Below, one piece after another: positions 28,179 through 36,529 of a stretch of 64,000 nucleotides of DNA (position 1 is the stretch's first letter; every line of letters starts with the position of its first letter). The notes beneath the pieces are model-generated. The model had not been told where the DNA came from, ran no database searches, and saw only the letters and a list, made by a program, of their open reading frames with translations. A program made the position numbers and the translations under genes. Origin of the DNA: Candidatus Oxydemutatoraceae bacterium (GTDB lineage Bacteria; Pseudomonadota; Gammaproteobacteria; Poriferisulfidales; Oxydemutatoraceae); assembly GCA_965211995.1 (NCBI GenBank), contig OZ243040.1:1100249-1164248 (forward strand), written 5' to 3'.

Positions 28179-29687
28179 ATGTCGGCATCAAATCAAAGGG
28201 TTATTTGCATCGGCGGCGGCCCGGCCGGACTGACCGCCGCCTACTTGCTGTCGAAGAAAGGCATTCCCGTCACCGTGCTGGAAGCCGATCCGGTTTATCT
28301 GGGCGGCATCTCCAAAACCGTGTCGCATAAAGGTTTTCTGTGCGACATCGGCGGGCACCGCTTCTTCTCCAAGTCGCAGGAAGTCGTTGATCTGTGGGGC
28401 GAAATTCTCGACGAAGGCTTCATAAAAAGACCGAGAAAGTCGCGCATCTATTATAAAAATAAATTCTTTGACTACCCGCTGAAACCGGGAAACGCGCTTT
28501 CCAACCTCGGCCTTAGCGAGGCCGGCCTCTGCATTCTTTCCTACCTGAAAGCGTCTTTGTTGCCGGTGAAAAACCCGGTGAACTTTGAGGACTGGGTGAG
28601 CAACAAGTTCGGCCGCCGGCTGTTCTCGATTTTTTTCAAGTCCTATACCGAGAAAGTCTGGGGGATGAAATGCTCGGAAATCTCCGCGGACTGGGCGGCT
28701 CAGCGCATCAAGGGGCTGTCGCTGTGGGCGATGGTCAAGAACGCGTTGTTTCCCGGCCGCTCCGCGTCCGGAGACGCGGCCAAAGGCGCCGTGATAAAGA
28801 CCTTGATCGACTCGTTCCACTACCCGCGCAAAGGCCCGGGCATGATGTGGGAAAGCGCGGGACGCAAAATCGAACAACAAGGCGGCGAAATCAAGACCGG
28901 GCAGCGGGTGGTCGGGCTGCGCCGCATCGAAACCGGGTGGGACGTCGTGTCCCGCGCCGCGGACGGGGTGTCCCGCGCCGCGGACGGGGCCGAGGCGCAT
29001 CACGAGGCCGGCTCGGTCATATCAAGCGCCCCGCTCAGGGAACTGGTGCAGTGCCTCGAACCTCGACCGTCCCGGAACGTTGTCGCGGCGGCCAATTCGC
29101 TGCATTACAGGGACTTCCTGATCGTCGGCCTCATCGTCGAAGACCGGCGCCTCTTTGATGACAACTGGATCTACATCCACGACCCGGCGGTGAAAGTCGG
29201 CAGAATACAAAATTTCAAGTCATGGTCTCCCGACATGGTGCCCGAACCCGGCAGGAACTGCTACGGAATGGAGTATTTCTGCTTTGAGGGAGACGGGATC
29301 TGGACGAGCGCCGATGCGGACTTGATCAAACTTGCAAGCGACGAGTTGATCCAACTCGGGCTGGCCCGCCCGGGCGACGTCGCCGACGGCTTCGTGGTGC
29401 GGCAGAAAAAAGCCTACCCGGTGTATGACGACGCCTATGCAGAGAACGTCGCCATCGTCCGCCGCGAGATCGAGGAGCACTACCCCGGCCTTTATCCGGT
29501 CGGCAGGAACGGGATGCACAAATACAACAATCAGGACCACGCGATGATGACGGCGATGCTGACGGTCGAAAACATCATCGCCGGAGAACAACGCTATGAC
29601 GTGTGGAAAGTGAACCAGGACGCGGAGTACATTGAAGAGCAAACAAGGCCCGCCGAGAAGGGAAGAGCGACGCCGCATAAAATTTAG
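28179..29687 (+). CDS. FAD/NAD(P)-binding oxidoreductase (amine-oxidase / protoporphyrinogen-oxidase-like fold)
   Basis: N-terminal dinucleotide-binding motif [17 protein letters not shown]...VLEA. 502 aa. Substrate unknown. Confidence 0.75.
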   Translation: MSASNQRVICIGGGPAGLTAAYLLSKKGIPVTVLEADPVYLGGISKTVSHKGFLCDIGGHRFFSKSQEVVDLWGEILDEGFIKRPRKSRIYYKNKFFDYPLKPGNALSNLGLSEAGLCILSYLKASLLPVKNPVNFEDWVSNKFGRRLFSIFFKSYTEKVWGMKCSEISADWAAQRIKGLSLWAMVKNALFPGRSASGDAAKGAVIKTLIDSFHYPRKGPGMMWESAGRKIEQQGGEIKTGQRVVGLRRIETGWDVVSRAADGVSRAADGAEAHHEAGSVISSAPLRELVQCLEPRPSRNVVAAANSLHYRDFLIVGLIVEDRRLFDDNWIYIHDPAVKVGRIQNFKSWSPDMVPEPGRNCYGMEYFCFEGDGIWTSADADLIKLASDELIQLGLARPGDVADGFVVRQKKAYPVYDDAYAENVAIVRREIEEHYPGLYPVGRNGMHKYNNQDHAMMTAMLTVENIIAGEQRYDVWKVNQDAEYIEEQTRPAEKGRATPHKI

Positions 29688-29775
29688 GTTTTCCAAAATG
29701 CCGAAGCGCCGGGGAAAAAGAACCGTCGCACAGCGCCCGAAAAGTCAGCCGGAACGCCGGACACGTCACGAAAAT

Positions 29776-29915
29776 AAACTGAACGTGCCGGCGGGCCTGA
29801 CGGGCCGAATGCACCGGTTTTAATCGTTTTTACCTACGCCTGGCCACCGCCTCTTTAGGATTTGACGAACCGGGGACCTCGATTGTAATCAGTCGCTGCA
29901 AGAGCACTTTTTAAT
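29776..29915 (+). repeat. Remnant of the RCC1-gene 3' end plus downstream sequence (direct-repeat partner of 32446..32660)
   Basis: AAACTGAACGTGCCGGCGGGCCTGACGGGCCGAATGCACCGGTTTTAATCG aligns with AAACGAACGTGCCGACAGGCTTGGCGGGCCGGATACGTCATCTGTAATCC. The similarity continues downstream (TTTGACG..., AATCAG, CTGCAAG.GCACTTTTT). Confidence 0.65.
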
Positions 29916-31540
29916 TTTGGGATTATCCCCCCGCCGCCCGAAGCCCGGTTCACCCGCACCGCGTCAAGGGGAGGCAGTTGGCGCCGTTGCATTGGTTGTC
30001 GCCCCGCCGCCCTAAATTCATCCCATCTGCCCCTGCCATCGGCGAGCGTTTTTTTTTCAGCCATGGTCATCAGGGCTTGAAGCAGTCAGGCCTTACCGTA
30101 TCCAACCTTTGTATATATAAATCTTATCTCGTCCTGGATTTGTCGCACTTTTCTTTAGATTTATCTAGTCTTTGTCATCCTTCATCTTATATTTGTCTAA
30201 CATTCACTCTGTTGGGTTCGGAGTTTGCTGCATCCGAGGTTTGCCGAGTCAGGGGGCGTCGAGTTTGAGCCGCCCCGCCGGAACGCCGGATGAATCGGGA
30301 TGCCCCCCGAATCCGGCGCGTGACTGCGCCGCCGCTGGCCTTGAGGCCCGACGCCGCCCGGCGCTTTCAATCAGCAGCGGGCGCGGCGCCAATACCCGGA
30401 TAAGCCTTGTGGCGGTTGAAAACGCAGTTTTGACCCTTATCAAGCGGCCCGCTTGCAGCCGCAACTGTTATATAGTTTTCGGGAACGGCGGCGGCGCCGG
30501 ACGCAGAGGCCGCGATGACGGTCGGCCTGTGAAGCGTCAGAACTGACAACTTCCAGTAATCAACCGATGACCCGGGAGGCTGGCATGTCACACAAAACAC
30601 TCAACCGGCAATTCGCAGGACGGATTGCGGCACTTCTCGCAGCTTCAACTCTGTTCATCACGGCTTCGGCTTTCGCCCAAACCGACCCCGCATCGGAGTC
30701 TTCGCTGTTTGCGCGCTGCAACGAGCGGGTGGCGGACACCTACGTCTCGGCCTTCGAGGTCACGGCGGACTTCGATGTCGGCGAACAGGAGAGCCAATTG
30801 TTTTGCACACCGCAGAGCAACATTGCAGGCAACGGCGCGGACGTGGCCGTGCTTGACGTCACCGACGACGACGGCGTGGCGGGGCGTCCAAACTGGTGCT
30901 CGGGTCGGTGCAGGTGGCACGGGGCTACATGCTAATTGCGTTCACCGAAGCCGACTACGCCGGGGCAAGCCGCTACTACGACGGCTCGGCGGCGGCGTTG
31001 GACGAGATGCGGATCGGCTCCTACATGGTGCGCCTTGATCCGATTGTCAGCGCCTGCGGCGGCGACCGCTCGGTGAAGGTGGTGTTCTGGGACCGGAAGA
31101 ATTTCACCAGTTCGTCCGGCGCACAGCCATATTGCTTCAGCCGGGATCAGCGCGACGTGGAGGACGTGGTTGATGCGGCTTTCGTCAAGATGAGATCGGT
31201 GCACGTGAACCGGGCCTACAAACTGATCGCGTTCAGGCAAACGAACTATGCGGGGGACGTGCGGGTGCTGTTCAGCGACGACGCGGACACGGCGGTGGGC
31301 CTAAACGCCTTCAAGGTGAAATCGTATCTGCTGGTGCCGAGTGTGGCATTGGAGAGCGTCGAGGAAACCGACGCCGGCGTGGTGTTGAGTTATTCGCGGG
31401 TGAGCACCGGCAGCCATAGCGTGGTGATCCCGCGTGCGGCTTTCCGGGTGGTGGAGAGCGAGGATGAGTTGAGCCGGACGCTTCAATATGCGACCGGTCG
31501 CGAGGACGAGCCGTGGCGGGACTTGGCGACGGTCAAGGAC

Positions 31541-31693
31541 GGTCGGGACGGTGAGGACGGCAAGGACGGCGCGGGCGGGGCGCAAGGTCCGCAAGGCGAC
31601 AAAGGGGATGCCGGCCCGCCAGGACAGGACGGCGCAGTCGGGGCGCAAGGCCCGCAAGGTGCCGCCGGTCCGCCGGGACAGGATGGGAAAGAC
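31541..31693 (+). repeat. Collagen-like G-X-Y region (17 triplets)
   Basis: GRDGEDGKDGAGGAQGPQGDKGDAGPPGQDGAVGAQGPQGAAGPPGQDGKDG. Confidence 0.85.
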
Positions 31694-31887
31694 GGGACAA
31701 GCCAGGTGGCCTCGTTTGACCCGTTGACCTCCTCCTGCGGGGACGACAATAAAGGCGTCATGGAGTATGACCGCGCCGGCACGAACCTGCTGATCTGCGA
31801 CGGGGCAAAATGGATTACGTTATCGTTCACGCAAACCGGCACCCGTTTGGATTTTCCGTCCGCTGATGAGTTGGGATCAGCGACTTC

Positions 31888-32489
31888 TTTCGGCGGGTGG
31901 GGACACACCTGCGCGGTGCTGGACAACGGCAATGTCGAGTGCTGGGGTCGTAACACCGATGGCCAAACGAACGTGCCGGCGGGTTTGGCGGGCCGGGTGC
32001 GCCAGATTGCGGCGGGTCAGAAGTACACCTGCGCGGTGACGGACGACGGCAATGCCGAGTGCTGGGGTCTTAACCGCAATGGCCGAACGAACGTGCCGAC
32101 GGGCTTGGCGGGCCGGGTGCACCGGATCGCGGCGGGCGGTCATCACACTTGTGCAGTGACGGACGATGGCAATGTCGAATGCTGGGGCTGGAATGGCGAT
32201 GGCCAAACGAACGTGCCGGCGGGCTTGGCGGGCAGAGTGCGCCGGATTGCGGCGGGCGTCCGGCACACCTGCGCGGGTGCCGGACGACGGCAATGCCGAG
32301 TGCTGGGGTCTTAACCACGATGGCCAAACAAACGTGCCGGCGGATTTGGCGGGCCGGGTGCGCCAGATTGCGGCGGGCAGTTTTCACACCTGTGCGCTGA
32401 CGGACGGCGGCAATGTCGAGTGCTGGGGCAATAACACCCAAGACCAAACGAACGTGCCGACAGGCTTGGCGGGCCGGATACGTCATCTG
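31888..32489 (+). repeat. Five tandem 114-bp (38-aa) RCC1-like repeats
   Basis: The unit HTCAVTDDGNVECWG.N.DGQTNVPAGLAGRVR.IAAG occurs 5 times with near-identical DNA. Confidence 0.85.
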
Positions 32490-32660
32490 TAATCCCTTTG
32501 CCTGCGCCCGGCCTGCCGACTTTTAAGGTTTGACGGGCGGGCGCCCCGGTTTCAATCAGCCATCGCGGGAGCGGTTTCAGTTTGGAGGTTGCCGCCCGCC
32601 GTTACAGGCTCCACTCATCCTCATCCTGCCGTCTGCAAGCACTTTTTCAATGAGGCGAAG
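32446..32660 (+). repeat. Direct-repeat partner of 29776..29915 (true 3' end of the RCC1 gene plus downstream sequence)
   Basis: See 29776..29915. This copy carries an extra internal segment of about 65 nt. Confidence 0.6.
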
Positions 32661-32813
32661 GAAAGTTAAACGCGATAAAAGGAACTGATAAAAGTGTCGG
32701 CACACAGATAGTGTACGAGTCCATAACGTCCGGCACTTGCTTGACAGTTCGTTAGTGATCCAGCAAAATTCGAAACCTGAAAAATCGGTTTCTCGCCCCG
32801 CTTCTGCATAACC

Positions 32814-34106
32814 ATGGCTGGAAAAAAACATAAACGCGGTCGCCCATTGGCACGGCCGCACTTGAGCAACCCCCAAACCCGGCAACCCCACCCCAAAAAA
32901 CGCACTCTGCAGCGCGACTATTCGCCGCCTGCAATCTACGCAGTTGCCGCGGCGGTTCTGGCGGGCGTCTATATCCTGTGGCAACTGCAATCTCCGACAA
33001 TCTCATATCCGTTCGACGATCAAAAAACCGCCCGGAAATGGAGCGTTCAAGGGCGGGCGGAAACGCAATTGACACCGGACGGACTGTTGGTAAAACCGCA
33101 AGACGCCGCCCTACTGATAAGTCCCCGGCTTGCTCCCCTGCGGCAAACCCTGAATTGGCGCAACTTTCCCTACGTCAAACTGAGCGTCACCCCCGAAGCC
33201 AAGGAACGCCGGATGGCGCTGGCTTGGATTCCCGGCCAAGATCCCAATCAGAATTACCAACTTCCTTTCACGGTGCCTGCGTCAGCCTCCGAAGTGCTGC
33301 TCGACGTTCGGCAGGACGTGGCGTGGGAAAGACGTTTCGGCTGGGATCGAAACGCTTTGTCGCAGACACCGGTCAGACGCTTAGGGGTGCTGCTTCAGAA
33401 CACTGTCGAAGTCCGCGAGGTCGCCCTGCTTTCCAGCCTTAACCCGCTGCAATTGAGCCGATTGCTGTGGTCCCAGTATTGGGCGGTCGAACCGGTCAAA
33501 GTCAGTTCTATCAACGCTCATTACGGCAACGAGGTGCTGGGAACACCGCTGGTCACGACATTCGGAATAATTTTTGCCGTTTTATTCGCGCTGATGCTGG
33601 TCAGCCGGCGGAAAAAATTCAAAGTGCCGTTGCTGTCGGCGATGCTGGTTTGTTTTATCGCTCCCGAAATGCCGTTCGTCGGCACTTTGTGGGAACAGGC
33701 CGCGGCAAGCGGCAAAGTATCGGCCTGGCACGCCGACCGCTACGACGAATACCGCTCGCGTTTCAATCAGGAGTTCGCCGATCTCGACAGGGAGTTTCTC
33801 AAGCGCGTGCCGGCCGGTTCTCGCGTCGCGTTTCCCAACTCTAAACAATGGCTGATACAGGGTGAAAGCAACTGGATCTGGTTTTTATACTATGACCTGT
33901 ACGAAAACTATAAAGATCGCGAAAGAGACAGCACCCATTTGGACAAAAACACCCAGTACGTCTTTTATTACCACCCCGCCGGACTGGCTCACGATGAGGC
34001 AAAGAACATTCTGCACCGCACCGAAGGCAAAAAGAAAGGCTATAAAACGGAAACTCTGGCCCGAATATCAGAACAAGCCAAAATTCTGAAACTCATCCAT
34101 GACTAG
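32814..34106 (+). CDS. Hypothetical membrane-anchored protein (N-terminal TM, about 200-aa extracytoplasmic domain, central TM pair, C-terminal domain)
   Basis: 430-aa ORF with protein-like composition. Hydrophobic segments AIYAVAAAVLAGVYILW and LVTTFGIIFAVLFALMLV. Overlaps the next gene by 8 nt. Confidence 0.6.
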   Translation: MAGKKHKRGRPLARPHLSNPQTRQPHPKKRTLQRDYSPPAIYAVAAAVLAGVYILWQLQSPTISYPFDDQKTARKWSVQGRAETQLTPDGLLVKPQDAALLISPRLAPLRQTLNWRNFPYVKLSVTPEAKERRMALAWIPGQDPNQNYQLPFTVPASASEVLLDVRQDVAWERRFGWDRNALSQTPVRRLGVLLQNTVEVREVALLSSLNPLQLSRLLWSQYWAVEPVKVSSINAHYGNEVLGTPLVTTFGIIFAVLFALMLVSRRKKFKVPLLSAMLVCFIAPEMPFVGTLWEQAAASGKVSAWHADRYDEYRSRFNQEFADLDREFLKRVPAGSRVAFPNSKQWLIQGESNWIWFLYYDLYENYKDRERDSTHLDKNTQYVFYYHPAGLAHDEAKNILHRTEGKKKGYKTETLARISEQAKILKLIHD

Positions 34107-35496
34107 CATCCTTTCCATCGCCCTGCTCACACAACTGTTGCTGGTGCTGAGCGGTTTGGCATTGTTGCAGATCGCCAATTACAAAGAGCGCATTCAGATC
34201 CTGCCGTTGATCCCTTTCGCCTGGGGAACGGGTGCGGTGCTGCTTTATCTGATGGGAAGAATTTTCGTCAAGTCGGAATGGCTGCTGCACGACTGGCACC
34301 TGGTCGTCGCCGGCGGCATGGCTTTATTGATCATCATCGGTGCGTTCATCTACCTGCGAGGACCACCCGGTCAAAATGAAATTGCACGGATTCCTTTGCG
34401 CTCCATCCGCTGGTATGACGCACTCCTTATCACCCTGATTCTGATCAAAGTCATCTTGGTGACCTATATCTGCATGGTCAATTCAGTCACCGATTCCGAT
34501 GCTACAGCCATGCGTGGCTATGTCGCTTTGGCAAAAAAAATCGGCGAAGGAGTCAGCTTCTCGGAAGTCATGGACCGCGGGACAGGGCACACTTCACCGC
34601 TCGGCCCGTCCCTGCTTTCCGCATGGATCAGAATGTTCCAGGATCGCTGGCACGACAGCATCGGCAGTCTGCCCTGGCTGCTCGCGTGGTTGTTCGGCGG
34701 AGGCATCGCGTTCATCACCTGTGACAGGTTAAGCCGTCACCTTACGGCGTCTCTCGCCTGCGCTTACCTGTTTTTGTCCCTCCCATTTGCGACGATACAC
34801 GTAATCCGGAGCGGGTTTCACGATTTGCTGACGATGTACTTTTTTATCGCGGGCATCAGCGTTCTCAGCTGCACTTTTCTGGTCGGGAAAAAGCCCGGAG
34901 CGGCATGGCTGACCGCGGGAATGATCGCCATCCTGGGGGTCGCGCTGTGCAAGACCGAAGGCAAAATGTGGGCGCTGTTCCTGGCGGTTATGTGGATCAA
35001 TTACTACCTGCTCGCATCCTCAGGCATTGCTTGGAAAAAACTGATCGCGGCGCAATTATTGTTGGCGGCCGTTGCCCTTGTGGTTTACTACTTGGCCGTT
35101 GATAAAGAATTCCTGCAGGGGTTTGAGAATCAACGGCTGAGACTCATGGCCCCGCGCGCTTTTGAAAAAGAAGCCTTTGCGATGACTGTAACAATCGCGT
35201 ACGGTTCGGGCAGTTTCGGCATCTGGTGGTGGGCGACCGGTCTGGCCGGAATTTACTTGCTGGTCGCAAGAAAAGTCCCTGCAATGACAAAAATAACGGC
35301 GTTCTTCGTGTTCTCGATATTGCTGGCCATCGTTTTCTTCGCGAATTTCACGGAAAATATTCAAGCCACGCTCATAGGCATCAATGTCAGCCGGTTTTTA
35401 CTGCAAGTTGCCGGGCTGTTGCTCCCCTTGTACTGCGCCTTGACAATGCTCTGGCTCCCGCCGGACGGCAACGACGAACGTGCTGAACCGGGATAA
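34099..35496 (+). CDS. Polytopic inner-membrane protein, candidate GT-C-type glycosyltransferase
   Basis: 465 aa with about 11-12 hydrophobic helices. An acidic loop motif VTDSDATAMRGY follows the early TM segments, as in ArnT/PMT-like enzymes. The function is inferred only from topology and context. Confidence 0.5.
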   Translation: MTSILSIALLTQLLLVLSGLALLQIANYKERIQILPLIPFAWGTGAVLLYLMGRIFVKSEWLLHDWHLVVAGGMALLIIIGAFIYLRGPPGQNEIARIPLRSIRWYDALLITLILIKVILVTYICMVNSVTDSDATAMRGYVALAKKIGEGVSFSEVMDRGTGHTSPLGPSLLSAWIRMFQDRWHDSIGSLPWLLAWLFGGGIAFITCDRLSRHLTASLACAYLFLSLPFATIHVIRSGFHDLLTMYFFIAGISVLSCTFLVGKKPGAAWLTAGMIAILGVALCKTEGKMWALFLAVMWINYYLLASSGIAWKKLIAAQLLLAAVALVVYYLAVDKEFLQGFENQRLRLMAPRAFEKEAFAMTVTIAYGSGSFGIWWWATGLAGIYLLVARKVPAMTKITAFFVFSILLAIVFFANFTENIQATLIGINVSRFLLQVAGLLLPLYCALTMLWLPPDGNDERAEPG

Positions 35497-35592
35497 GCCG
35501 GGCCGCAACTTCCGGCCACGGAAATAGACGCAGGCATTACTTGGAAACGGGTCGCCCAGTACGGCCATCCACCGCAAGCGACCGCGAAAAAT

Positions 35593-36474
35593 TTATTGCG
35601 GGGAATCCTCCGTGTTCTTCCCGGCTGAGTTCGAGAAGTAACGGAAAAACCTTGAGTCGGGCTCGAGCAGCAGCATATCGGACTTGCCGCTGAAGGAATT
35701 CACGTAGGCGTTGATGCTGCGCAGGAAAGAATAAAACTCGGCGTCTTGCTCGTAGGCTTCGGCGTAGATCTTCGCCGCCTCGCCGTCGCCATCCCCGCGG
35801 ATCTGCTCGGCCTGGCGGTAGGCGTCGGCGGTGATCTCGGTGTGCTTGCGGTCGGCTTCGGCGCGCAGGCGCTCGGCCTGCTCCTGCCCGCGGGCGCGGA
35901 AATCACGCGCGACGCGGTTGCGCTCGGCGCGCATACGCTGGTACACCGAATCGCTGACGTCGTCGGGCAGGTCAATGCGGCTGAGGCGCACGTCAACGAT
36001 CTCGAGACCGAGTTGCTTCGCGAGTTCGTTGGCCTTGATCTGCAGGATGTCCATGATCTCGCTGCGCTCGCCCGACACGACCTGGCGGATCGTGCGCTTG
36101 CCGAACTCGTTGCGCAGGCCGTCTTTCATGATCTGCGACAGGCGGCTTTGCGCGTTGCGCTCCTCGCCGCGGGTCGCGCGGTAATACTGCGACACGTCGA
36201 GGATCCGCCATTTGACGAAGAAATCCACGGTCACGTTCTTCTTCTCGACCGTGAGGAAACTTTCGGGCCGCGCGTTGAGCGTCAGAATCCGCGCGTCGAA
36301 AGTGCGCACGTTGTTGATCACCGGGATCTTGAAGTGCAGCCCCGGCTTCATGTTGGCCTTGACAATCTCGCCGAGCCGGAACAGGATCGCCCGCTCGCGC
36401 TGATCCACGGTGTAGATCGTCATGCCCGCCAGCACCAGCGTGGCGACGATCAAGATCAAAACCGCTTTTTTCAT
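35593..36474 (-). CDS. hflC: Protease modulator HflC
   Basis: From the ATG at 36474 the product begins MKKAVLILIVATLVLAGMTIYTVDQRERAILFRLGE (SPFH domain). Follows hflK. Confidence 0.92.
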   Translation of the reverse strand: MKKAVLILIVATLVLAGMTIYTVDQRERAILFRLGEIVKANMKPGLHFKIPVINNVRTFDARILTLNARPESFLTVEKKNVTVDFFVKWRILDVSQYYRATRGEERNAQSRLSQIMKDGLRNEFGKRTIRQVVSGERSEIMDILQIKANELAKQLGLEIVDVRLSRIDLPDDVSDSVYQRMRAERNRVARDFRARGQEQAERLRAEADRKHTEITADAYRQAEQIRGDGDGEAAKIYAEAYEQDAEFYSFLRSINAYVNSFSGKSDMLLLEPDSRFFRYFSNSAGKNTEDSPQ

Positions 36475-36529
36475 CGTCTCAATGCCCGTTGATCCGCGTT
36501 TTTGCGTTCGCCCCGGTGCTCGCCGCGGG

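Larger units (their letters stand above)
30585..32492 (+). pseudogene. Secreted mosaic protein (signal peptide, 2 crystallin-like domains, collagen-like G-X-Y region, 5 RCC1-like repeats) interrupted by two frameshifts
   Basis: GGGAGG RBS and ATG at 30585. Signal peptide MSHKTLNRQFAGRIAALLAASTLFITASAFAQ. Three collinear ORFs (30567..30935, 30896..32314, 32166..32492) require a -1 shift near 30857-30895 and a +1 shift at 32275-32278. Confidence 0.7.

Noticed and set aside
29855-30546. ORFs 29855..30070 (-, 71 aa), 29978..30268 (+, 96 aa) and 30172..30546 (+, 124 aa) in the 900-nt gap upstream of the mosaic gene
   Set aside because: No RBS, no protein-like composition and no motifs. They overlap each other and the repeat and AT-rich sequences, so the region is treated as non-coding.
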